Origin: Paragordius varius
Taxonomy: Eukaryota; Animalia; Nematomorpha
NCBI GenBank assembly: GCA_964247055.1
Contig: OZ176053.1
Span: 14,012,001 to 14,076,000 of the forward strand
Length of the DNA stretch: 64,000 nt
Reading direction: 5' to 3'
Shown piece after piece: positions 41,217-54,800 of this stretch (its first letter is position 1; every line of letters starts with the position of its first letter). The notes beneath the pieces were generated by a model. That model had not been told where the DNA came from and did not search any database. It saw only the letters and a program-made list of their open reading frames with translations. The position numbers were made by a program, and so were the translations under genes.

Positions 41217-44200
41217 ACATCACCTGATCAAATTTGGATTTTAGGTAGCCATTTTTATTTTTAAAATCGTATAAAATAAATTTTTTAAATATTTAAAAAA
41301 TTCATAAAAATTACATTTATACTCCGATCTCGAAAATATTTGGGGTGATGATGTAACTACCATAGGGCTACAAAAATTATGGCGACATCACCTGATCAAA
41401 TTTGGATTTTAGGAAGCCATTTTTATTTTTAAAATCGTATAAAATAAATATTTTAAATATTTAAAAAATTCATAAAAATTATATTTATACTCCGATCTCG
41501 AAAATATTTGGGGTGATGATGGAACTACCATAGGGCTACCCAAAATAAATTATGGTGACATCACATTGATCAAATTTGGATTTTAGGTAGCCATTTTTAT
41601 TTTTAAAATCGTATAAAATAAATTTTTTAAATATTTAAAAAATTCATAAAAATTACATTTAAAGTCCGATCTCGAAAATATTTGGGGTGATGATGGAACT
41701 ACCATAGGGCTACCCAAAAAAAATTATGGCGACATCACCTGATCAAATCAGGATTTTAGGTAGCCATTTTTATTTTTAAAATCGTATAAAATAAATTTTT
41801 TAAATATTTAAAAAATTCAAAAAATTACATTTATACTCCGATCTCGACAATATTTGGGGTGATGATGGAATTACCATAGGGCTACCCAAAAAAAATTATG
41901 GTGATATCACCTGATCAAATTTGGATTTTAGGTAGCCATTTTTATTTTTAAAATCGTATAAAATAAATTTTTTAAATATTTAAAAAATTCATAAAAATTA
42001 CATTTAAAGTCCGATCTCGAAAATATTTGGGGTGATGATGGAACTACCATAGGGCTACCCAAAAAAAATAATAATGACATCACCTGATCAAATTTGGATT
42101 TTAGGTAGCCATTTTTATTTTTAAAATCGTATAAAATAAATTTTTTAAATATTTAAAAATTTCATAAAAATTACATTTATAGTCCGATCCCCAAAATATT
42201 TGGGGTGATGATGGAACTACCATAGGGCTACCCAAAAAAAATTATGGCGACATCACCTGATCAAATCTGGATTTTAGGTAGCCATTTTTATTTTTAAAAT
42301 CGTATAAAATAAATTTTTTAAATATTTAAAAAATTCATAAAAATTATATTTATACTCCGATCTCGAAAATATTTGGGGTGATGATGGAACTACCATAGGG
42401 CTACCCAAAAAAATTATAGTGACATCACCTGATCAAATTTGCATTTTAGGTAGCCATTTTTATTTTTAAAATCGTATAAAATAAATTTTTTAAATATTTA
42501 AAAAATTCATAAAAATTACATTTATACTCCGATCTCGAAAATATTTGGGGTGATGATGGAACTACCATAGGGCTACCCAAAAAAATTATAATGACATCAC
42601 CTGATCAAATTTGGATTTTAGGTAGCCATTTTTATTTTTAAAATCGTATAAAATAAATTTTTTAAATATTTAAAAATTTCATAAAAATTACATTTATAGT
42701 CCGATCCCCAAAATATTTGGGGTGATGATGGAACTACCATAGGGCTACCCAAAAAAAATTATGGCGACATCACCTGATCAAATCTGGATTTTAGGTAGCC
42801 ATTTTTATTTTTAAAATCGTATAAAATAAATTTTTTAAATATTTAAAAAATTCATAAAAATTATATTTATACTCCGATCTCGAAAATATTTGGGGTGATG
42901 ATGGAACTACCATAGGGCTACCCAAAAAAATTATAGTGACATCACCTGATCAAATTTGCATTTTAGGTAGCCATTTTTATTTTTAAAATCGTATAAAATA
43001 AATTTTTTAAATATTTAAAAAATTCATAAAAATTACATTTATACTCCGATCTTGACAATATTTGGGGTGATGATGGAATTACCATAGGGCTACCCAAAAA
43101 AAATTATAATGACATCACCTGATCAAATTTGGATTTTAGGTAGCCATTTTTATTTTTAAAATCGTATAAAATAAATTTTTTAAATATTTAAAAAATTCAT
43201 AAAAATTACATTTATACTCCGATCTCGAAAATATTTGGGGTGATGATGGAACTACCATAGGCTACCCAAAAAAATTATGGTGACATCACCTGATCAAATT
43301 TGGATTTTAGGTAGCCATTTTTATTTTTAAAATCGGATAAAATAAATTTTTTAAATATTTAAAAAATTCATAAAAATTACATTTATACTCCGATCTCGAA
43401 AATATTTGGGGTGATGATGTAACTACCATAGGGCTACAAAAATTATGGCGACATCACCTGATCAAATTTGGATTTTAGGAAGCCATTTTTATTTTTAAAA
43501 TCGTATAAAATAAATATTTTAAATATTTAAAAAATTCATAAAAATTATATTTATACTCCGATCTCGAAAATATTTGGGGTGATGATGGAACTACCATAGG
43601 GCTACCCAAAATAAATTATGGTGACATCACATTGATCAAATTTGGATTTTAGGTAGCCATTTTTATTTTTAAAATCGTATAAAATAAATTTTTTAAATAT
43701 TTAAAAAATTCATAAAAATTACATTTAAAGTCCGATCTCGAAAATATTTGGGGTGATGATGGAACTACCATAGGGCTACCCAAAAAAAATTATGGCGACA
43801 TCACCTGATCAAATCAGGATTTTAGGTAGCCATTTTTATTTTTAAAATCGTAAAAAATAAATTTTTTAAATATTTAAAAAATTCAAAAAATTACATTTAT
43901 ACTCCGATCTCGACAATATTTGGGGTGATGATGGAATTACCATAGGGCTACCCAAAAAAAATTATGGTGATATCACCTGATCAAATTTGGATTTTAGGTA
44001 GCCATTTTTATTTTTAAAATCGTATAAAATAAATTTTTTAAATATTTAAAAAATTCATAAAAATTACATTTAAAGTCCGATCTCGAAAATATTTGGGGTG
44101 ATGATGGAACTACCATAGGGCTACCCAAAAAAAATAATAATGACATCACCTGATCAAATTTGGATTTTAGGTAGCCATTTTTATTTTTAAAATCGTATAA

Positions 44201-45348
44201 AATAAATTTTTTAAATATTTAAAAATTTCATAAAAATTACATTTATAGTCCGATCCCCAAAATATTTGGGGTGATGATGGAACTACCATAGGGCTACCCA
44301 AAAAAAATTATGGCGACATCACCTGATCAAATCTGGATTTTAGGTAGCCATTTTTATTTTTAAAATCGTATAAAATAAATTTTTTAAATATTTAAAAAAT
44401 TCATAAAAATTATATTTATACTCCGATCTCGAAAATATTTGGGGTGATGATGGAACTACCATAGGGCTACCCAAAAAAATTATAGTGACATCACCTGATC
44501 AAATTTGCATTTTAGGTAGCCATTTTTATTTTTAAAATCGTATAAAATAAATTTTTTAAATATTTAAAAAATTCATAAAAATTACATTTATACTCCGATC
44601 TCGAAAATATTTGGGGTGATGATGGAACTACCATAGGGCTACCCAAAAAAATTATAATGACATCACCTGATCAAATTTGGATTTTAGGTAGCCATTTTTA
44701 TTTTTAAAATCGTATAAAATAAATTTTTTAAATATTTAAAAATTTCATAAAAATTACATTTATAGTCCGATCCCCAAAATATTTGGGGTGATGATGGAAC
44801 TACCATAGGGCTACCCAAAAAAAATTATGGCGACATCACCTGATCAAATCTGAATTTTAGGTAGCCATTTTTATTTTTAAAATCGTATAAAATAAATTTT
44901 TTAAATATTTAAAAAATTCATAAAAATTATATTTATACTCCGATCTCGAAAATATTTGGGGTGATGATGGAACTACCATAGGGCTACCCAAAAAAATTAT
45001 AGTGACATCACCTGATCAAATTTGCATTTTAGGTAGCCATTTTTATTTTTAAAATCGTATAAAATAAATTTTTTAAATATTTAAAAAATTCATAAAAATT
45101 ACATTTATACTCCGATCTTGACAATATTTGGGGTGATGATGGAATTACCATAGGGCTACAGAAAAAATATTATAATGACATCACCTGATCAAATTTGGAT
45201 TTTAGGTAGCCATTTTTATTTTTAAAATCGTATAAAATAAATTTTTTAAATATTTAAAAAATTCATAAAAATTACATTTATACTCCGATCTCGAAAATAT
45301 TTGGGGTGATGATGGAACTACCATAGGCTACCCAAAAAAATTATGGTG
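41217..45348. repeat. Two tandem copies of a 12-monomer HOR (2066 bp), each with an internal 3-monomer duplication (517 bp)
   Basis: ATGTAAC occurs at 41351/43417, and unit starts are 41217, 43283 and 45349. TTTGCA has its G at 42441 and 42958. ACATTGATC, AATCAGG and GATATC repeat in register. Confidence 0.9.
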
Positions 45349-48300
45349 ACATCACCTGATCAAATTTGGATTTTAGGTAGCCATTTTTATTTTTAAAATC
45401 GGATAAAATAAATTTTTTAAATATTTAAAAAATTCATAAAAATTACATTTATACTCCGATCTCGAAAATATTTGGGGTGATGATGGAACTACCATAGGGC
45501 TACCCAAAAAAAATTATGGTGACATAACCTGATCAAATTTGGATTTTAGGTAGCCATTTTTATTTTTAAAATCGTATAAAATAAATTTTTTAAATATTTA
45601 AAAACTTCATAAAAATTACATTTATAGTCCGATCCCCAAAATATTTGGGGTGATGATGGAACTACCATAGGGCTACCCAAAAAAAATTATGGCGACATCA
45701 CCTGATCAAATTTGGATTTTAGGTAGCCATTTTTATTTTTAAAATCGTATAAAATAAATTTTTTAAATATTTAAAAAATTCATAAAAATTACATTTAAAG
45801 TCCGATCTCAAAAATATTTGGGGTTATGATGGAACTACCATAGGGCTACCCAAAAAAAATTATGGCGACATCACCTGATCAAATCTGGATTTTAGGTAGC
45901 CATTTTTATTTTTAAAATCGTATAAAATAAATTTTTTAAATATTTAAAAAATTCAAAAAAATACATTTATACTCCGATCTTGACAATATTTGGGGTGATG
46001 ATGGAATTACCATAGGGCTACCCAAAAAAAATTATGGCGACATCACCTGATCAAATTTGGATTTTAGGTAGCCATTATTTTTAAAATCGTATAAAATAAA
46101 TTTTTTAAATATTTAAAAAATTCAAAAAAATTACATTTATACTCCGATCTCGACAATATTTGGGGTGATGATGGAATTACCATAGGGCTACCCAAAAAAA
46201 ATTATGGTGACATCACCTGATCAAATTTGGATTTTAGGTAGCCATTTTTATTTTTAATATCGTATAAAATAAATTTTTTAAATATTTAAAAAATTCATAA
46301 AAATTACATTTATACTCCGATCTCGACAATATTTGGGGTGATGATGGAACAACCATAGGGCTACCCAAAAAAAATTATGGTGACATCACCTGATCAAATT
46401 TGGATTTTAGGTAGCCATTTTTATTTTTAAAATCGTATAAAATAAATTTTTTAAATATTTAAAAAATTCATAAAAATTACATTTATACTCCGATCTCGAA
46501 AATATTTGGGGTGATGATGGAACTACCATAGGGCTACCAAAAAAAAATTATGGCGACATCACCTGATCAAATTTGGATTTTAGGTAGCCATTTTTATTTT
46601 TAAAATCGTATAAAATAAATTTTTTAAATATTTAAAAAATTCATAAAAATTACATTTATACTCCGATCTCGACAATATTTGGGGTGATGATGGAACTACC
46701 ATAGGGCTACCCAAAAAAAATAATAATGACATCACCTGATCAAATTTGGATTTTAGGTAGCCATTTTTATTTTTAAAATCGTATAAAATAAATTTTTTAA
46801 ATATTTAAAAAATTCATAAAAATTACATTTATACTCCGATCTCGAAAATATTTGGGGTGATGATGGAACTACCATAGGGCTACCCAAAAAAAATAATAAT
46901 GACATCACCTGATCAAATTTGGATTTTAGGTAGCCATTTTTATTTTTAAAATCGTATAAAATAAATTTTTTAAATATTTAAAAAATTCATAAAAATTACA
47001 TTTATACTCCGATCTCGAAAATATTTGGGGTGATGATGGAACTACCATAGGGCTACCCAAAAAAAATTATGGCGACATCACCTGATCAAATTTGGATTTT
47101 AGGTAGCCATTTTTATTTTTAAAATCGTATAAAATAAATTTTTTAAATATTTAAAAAATTCATAAAAATTACATTTATACTCCGATCTCGAAAATATTTG
47201 GGGTGATGATGGAACTACCATAGGGCTACAAAAATTATGGCGACATCACCTGATCAAATTTGGATTTTAGGTACCATTTTTATTTTTAAAATCGTATAAA
47301 ATAAATATTTTAAATATTTAAAAAATTCATAAAAATTACATTTATACTCCGATCTCGAAAATATTTGGGGTGATGATGGAACTACCATAGGGCTACAAAA
47401 ATTATGGCGACATCACCTGATCAAATTTGGATTTTAGGTACCATTTTTATTTTTAAAATCGTATAAAATAAATATTTTAAATATTTAAAAAATTCATAAA
47501 AATTATATTTATACTCCGATCTCGAAAATATTTGGGGTGATGATGGAACTACCATAGGGCTACCCAAAATAAATTATGGTGACATCACATTGATCAAATT
47601 TGGATTTTAGGTAGCCATTTTTATTTTTAAAATCGTATAAAATAAATTTTTTAAATATTTAAAAAATTCATAAAAATTACATTTATACTCCGATCTCGAA
47701 AATATTTGGGGTGATGATGGAACTACCATAGGGCTACCCAAAAAAAATTATGGCGACATCACCTGATCAAATTTGGATTTTAGGTAGCCATTTTTATTTT
47801 TAAAATCGTATAAAATAAATTTTTTAAATATTTAAAAAATTCATAAAAATTACATTTATACTCCGATCTCGAAAATATTTGGGGTGATGATGGAACTACC
47901 ATAGGGCTACAAAAATTATGGCGACATCACCTGATCAAATTTGGATTTTAGGTACCATTTTTATTTTTAAAATCGTATAAAATAAATATTTTAAATATTT
48001 AAAAAATTCATAAAAATTATATTTATACTCCGATCTCGAAAATATTTGGGGTGATGATGGAACTACCATAGGGCTACCCAAAATAAATTATGGTGACATC
48101 ACATTGATCAAATTTGGATTTTAGGTAGCCATTTTTATTTTTAAAATCGTATAAAATAAATTTTTTAAATATTTAAAAAATTCATAAAAATTACATTTAA
48201 AGTCCGATCTCGAAAATATTTGGGGTGATGATGGAACTACCATAGGGCTACCCAAAAAAAATTATGGCGACATCACCTGATCAAATCAGGATTTTAGGTA

Positions 48301-51300
48301 GCCATTTTTATTTTTAAAATCGTATAAAATAAATTTTTTAAATATTAAAAAAATTCAAAACATTACATTTATACTCCGATCTCGAAAATATTTGGGGTGA
48401 TGATGGAATTACCATAGGGCTACCCAAAAAAAATTATGGTGATATCACCTGATCAAATTTGGATTTTAGGTAGCCATTTTTATTTTTAAAATCGTATAAA
48501 ATAAATTTTTTAAATATTTAAAAAATTCATAAAAATTACATTTAAAGTCCGATCTCGAAAATATTTGGGGTGATGATGGAACTACCATAGGGCTACCCAA
48601 AAAAAATTATGGCGACATCACCTGATCAAATGTGGATTTTAGGTAGGCATTTTTATTTTTAAAATCGTATAAAATAAATTTTTTAAATATTTAAAAAATT
48701 CATAAAAATTACATTTATACTCCGATCTCGACAATATTTGGGGTGATGATGGAACTACCATAGGGCTACCCAAAAAAATTATAATGACATCACCTGATCA
48801 AATTTGGATTTTAGGTAGCCATTTTTATTTTTAAAATCGGATAAAATAAATTTTTTAAATATTTAAAAAATTCATAAAAATTACATTTATACTCCGATCT
48901 CGAAAATATTTGGGGTGATGATGTAACTACCATAGGGCTACAAAAATTATGGCGACATCACCTGATCAAATTTGGATTTTAGGAAGCCATTTTTATTTTT
49001 AAAATCGTATAAAATAAATATTTTAAATATTTAAAAAATTCATAAAAATTATATTTATACTCCGATCTCGAAAATATTTGGGGTGATGATGGAACTACCA
49101 TAGGGCTACCCAAAATAAATTATGGTGACATCACATTGATCAAATTTGGATTTTAGGTAGCCATTTTTATTTTTAAAATCGTATAAAATAAATTTTTTAA
49201 ATATTTAAAAAATTCATAAAAATTACATTTAAAGTCCGATCTCGAAAATATTTGGGGTGATGATGGAACTACCATAGGGCTACCCAAAAAAAATTATGGC
49301 GACATCACCTGATCAAATCAGGATTTTAGGTAGCCATTTTTATTTTTAAAATCGTATAAAATAAATTTTTTAAATATTAAAAAAATTCAAAAAATTACAT
49401 TTATACTCCGAATTCGACAATATTTGGGGTGATGATGGAATTACCATAGGGCTACCCAAAAAAAATTATGGTGATATCACCTGATCAAATTTGGATTTTA
49501 GGTAGCCATTTTTATTTTTAAAATCGTATAAAATAAATTTTTTAAATATTTAAAAAATTCATAAAAATTACATTTAAAGTCCGATCTCGAAAATATTTGG
49601 GGTGATGATGGCACTACCATAGGGCTACCCAAAAAAAATTATGGCGACATCACCTGATCAAATGTGGATTTTAGGTAGGCATTTTTATTTTTAAAATCGT
49701 ATAAAATAAATTTTTTAAATATTTAAAAAATTCATAAAAATTACATTTATACTCCGATCTCGAAAATATTTGGGGTGATGATGGAACTACCATAGGGCTA
49801 CCCAAAAAAAATAATAATGACATCACCTGATCAAATTTGGATTTTAGGTAGCCATTTTTATTTTTAAAATCGTATAAAATAAATTTTTTAAATATTTAAA
49901 AATTTCATAAAAATTACATTTATACTCCGATCTCGAAAATATTTGGGGTGATGATGGAACTACCATAGGCTACCCCTAAAAAAATTATGGTGACATCACC
50001 TGATCGAATTTGGATTTTAGGTAGCCATTTTTGTTTTTAAAATCGTATAAAATAAACTTTTTAAATATTTAAAAAATTCATAAAAATTATATTTATACTC
50101 CGATCTCGAAAATATTTGGGGTGATGATGGAACTACCATAGAGCTACCCAAAAAAAATTATGGTGACATAACCTGATCAAATTTGGATTTTAGGTAGCCA
50201 TTTTTATTTTTAAAATCGTATAAAATAAATTTTTTAAATATTTAAAAACTTCATAAAAATTACATTTATAGTCCGATCCCCAAAATATTTGGGGTGATGA
50301 TGGAACTACCATAGGGCTACCCAAAAAAAAATTATGGCGACATCACCTGATCAAATCTGGATTTTCGGTAGCCATTTTTATTTTTAAAATCGTATAAAAT
50401 AAATTTTTTAAATATTTAAAAAATTCATAAAAATTATATTTATACTCCGATCTCGAAAATATTTGGGGTGATGATGGAACTACCATAGGGCTACCCAAAA
50501 AAATTATAGTGACATCACCTGATCAAATTTGCATTTTAGGTAGCCATTTTTATTTTTAAAATCGTATAAAATAAATTTTTTAAATATTTAAAAAATTCAT
50601 AAAAATTACATTTATACTCCGATCTCGAAAATATTTGGGGTGATGATGGAACTACCATAGGGCTACCCAAAAAAATTATAATGACATCACCTGATCAAAT
50701 TTGGATTTTAGGTAGCCATTTTTATTTTTAAAATCGTATAAAATAAATTTTTTAAATATTTAAAAAATTCATAAAAATTACATTTATACTCCGATCTCGA
50801 AAATATTTGGGGTGATGATGGAACTACCATAGGGCTACCCAAAAAAAATTATGGTGACATAACCTGATCAAATTTGGATTTTAGGTAGCCATTTTTATTT
50901 TTAAAATCGTATAAAATAAATTTTTTAAATATTTAAAAACTTCATAAAAATTACATTTATAGTCCGATCCCCAAAATATTTGGGGTGATGATGGAACTAC
51001 CATAGGGCTACCCAAAAAAAATTATGGCGACATCACCTGATCAAATTTGGATTTTAGGTAGCCATTTTTATTTTTAAAATCGTATAAAATAAATTTTTTA
51101 AATATTTAAAAAATTCAAAAAAATTACATTTATACTCCGATCTCGACAATATTTGGGGTGATGATGGAATTACCATAGGGCTACCCAAAAAAAATTATGG
51201 TGACATCACCTGATCAGATTTGGATTTTAGGTAGCCATTTTTATTTTTAATATCGTATAAAATAAATTTTTTAAATATTTAAAAAATTCATAAAAATTAC

Positions 51301-51892
51301 ATTTATACTCCGATCTCGAAAATATTTGGGGTGATGATGGAACTACCATAGGCTACCCAAAAAAATTATGGTGACATCACCTGATCAAATTTGGATTTTA
51401 GGTAGCCATTTTTATTTTTAAAATCGTATAAAATAAATTTTTTAAATATTTAAAAAATTCAAAAAAATTACATTTATACTCCGATCTCGAAAATATTTGG
51501 GGTGATGATGGAACTACCATAGGGCTACCCAAAAAAAATTATGGTGACATAACCTGATCAAATTTGGATTTTAGGTAGCCATTTTTATTTTTAAAATCGT
51601 ATAAAATAAATTTTTTAAATATTTAAAAACTTCATAAAAATTACATTTATAGTCCGATCCCCAAAATATTTGGGGTGATGATGGAACTACCATAGGGCTA
51701 CCCAAAAAAAATTATGGCGACATCACCTGATCAAATTTGGATTTTAGGTAGCCATTTTTATTTTTAAAATCGTATAAAATAAATTTTTTAAATATTTAAA
51801 AAATTCAAAAAAATTACATTTATACTCCGATCTCGAAAATATTTGGGGTGATGATGGAACTACCATAGGGCTACCCAAAAAAAATAATAATG

Positions 51893-54800
51893 ACATCACC
51901 TGATCAAATTTGGATTTTAGGTAGCCATTTTTATTTTTAAAATCGTATAAAATAAATTTTTTAAATATTTAAAAATTTCATAAAAATTACATTTATACTC
52001 CGATCTCGAAAATATTTGCGGTGATGATGGAACTACCATAGGCTACCCAAAAAAATTATGGTGACATCACCTGATCGAATTTGGATTTTAGGTAGCCATT
52101 TTTGTTTTTAAAATCGTATAAAATAAACTTTTTAAATATTTAAAAAATTCATAAAAATTATATTTATACTCCGATCTCGAAAATATTTGGGGTGATGATG
52201 GAACTACCATAGAGCTACCCAAAAAAAATTATGGTGACATAACCTGATCAAATTTGGATTTTAGGTAGCCATTTTTATTTTTAAAATCGTATAAAATAAA
52301 TTTTTTAAATATTTAAAAACTTCATAAAAATTACATTTATAGTCCGATCCCCAAAATATTTGGGGTGATGATGGAACTACCATAGGGCTACCCAAAAAAA
52401 ATTATGGCGACGTCACCTGATCAAATCTGGATTTTAGGTAGCCATTTTTATTTTTAAAATCGTATAAAATAAATTTTTTAAATATTTAAAAAATTCATAA
52501 AAATTATATTTATACTCCGATCTCGAAAATATTTGGGGTGATGATGGAACTACCATAGGGCTACCCAAAAAAAATTATGGTGACATAACCTGATCAAATT
52601 TGTATTTTAGGTAGCCATTTTTATTTTTAAAATCGTATAAAATAAATTTTTTATATATTTAAAAACTTCATAAAAATTACATTTATAGTCCGATCCCCAA
52701 AATATTTGGGGTGATGATGGAACTACCATAGGGCTACCCAAAAAAAATTATGGCGACATCACCTGATCAAATTTGGATTTTAGGTAGCCATTTTTATTTT
52801 TAAAATCGTATAAAATAAATTTTTTAAATATTTAAAAAATTCAAAAAAATTACATTTATACTCCGATCTCGAAAATATTTGGGGTGATGATGGAACTACA
52901 ATAGGGCTACCCAAAAAAAATAATAATGACATCACCTGATCAAATTTGGATTTTAGGTAGCCATTTTTATTTTTAAAATCGTATAAAATAAATTTTTTAA
53001 ATATTTAAAAATTTCATAAAAATTACATTTATACTCCGATCTCGAAAATATTTGCGGTGATGATGGAACTACCATAGGCTACCCAAAAAAATTATGGTGA
53101 CATCACCTGATCGAATTTGGATTTTAGGTAGCCATTTTTGTTTTTAAAATCGTATAAAATAAACTTTTTAAATATTTAAAAAATTCATAAAAATTATATT
53201 TATACTCCGATCTCGAAAATATTTGGGGTGATGATGGAACTACCATAGAGCTACCCAAAAAAAATTATGGTGACATAACCTGATCAAATTTGGATTTTAG
53301 GTAGCCATTTTTATTTTTAAAATCGTATAAAATAAATTTTTTAAATATTTAAAAACTTCATAAAAATTACATTTATAGTCCGATCCCCAAAATATTTGGG
53401 GTGATGATGGAACTACCATAGGGCTACCCAAAAAAAATTATGGCGACGTCACCTGATCAAATCTGGATTTTAGGTAGCCATTTTTATTTTTAAAATCGTA
53501 TAAAATAAATTTTTTAAATATTTAAAAAATTCATAAAAATTATATTTATACTCCGATCTCGAAAATATTTGGGGTGATGATGGAACTACCATAGGGCTAC
53601 CCAAAAAAATTATAATGACATCACCTGATCAAATTTGGATTTTAGGTAGCCATTTTTATTTTTAAAATCGTATAAAATAAATTTTTTAAATATTTAAAAA
53701 ATTCAAAAAAATTACATTTATACTCCGATCTCGAAAATATTTGGGGTGATGATGGAACTACCATAGGGCTACCCAAAAAAAATAATAATGACATCACCTG
53801 ATCAAATTTGGATTTTAGGTAGCCATTTTTATTTTTAAAATCGTATAAAATAAATTTTTTAAATATTTAAAAACTTCATAAAAATTACATTTATAGTCCG
53901 ATCCCCAAAATATTTGGGGTGATGATGGAACTACCATAGGGCTACCCAAAAAAAATTATGGCGACATCACCTGATCAAATTTGGATTTTAGGTAGCCATT
54001 TTTATTTTTAAAATCGTATAAAATAAATTTTTTAAATATTTAAAAAATTCATAAAAATTACATTTATACTCCGATCTCGACAATATTTGGGGTGATGATG
54101 GAATTACCATAGGGCTACCCAAAAAAAATTATGGTGACATCACCTGATCAGATTTGGATTTTAGGTAGCCATTTTTATTTTTAATATCGTATAAAATAAA
54201 TTTTTTAAATATTTAAAAAATTCATAAAAATTACATTTATACTCCGATCTCGAAAATATTTGGGGTGATGATGGAACTACCATAGGCTACCCAAAAAAAT
54301 TATGGTGACATCACCTGATCAAATTTGGATTTTAGGTAGCCATTTTTATTTTTAAAATCGTATAAAATAAATTTTTTAAATATTTAAAAAATTCAAAAAA
54401 ATTACATTTATACTCCGATCTCGAAAATATTTGGGGTGATGATGGAACTACCATAGGGCTACCCAAAAAAAATAATAATGACATCACCTGATCAAATTTG
54501 GATTTTAGGTAGCCATTTTTATTTTTAAAATCGTATAAAATAAATTTTTTAAATATTTAAAAACTTCATAAAAATTACATTTATAGTCCGATCCCCAAAA
54601 TATTTGGGGTGATGATGGAACTACCATAGGGCTACCCAAAAAAAATTATGGCGACATCACCTGATCAAATTTGGATTTTAGGTAGCCATTTTTATTTTTA
54701 AAATCGTATAAAATAAATTTTTTAAATATTTAAAAAATTCATAAAAATTACATTTATACTCCGATCTCGAAAATATTTGGGGTGATGATGGAACTACCAT

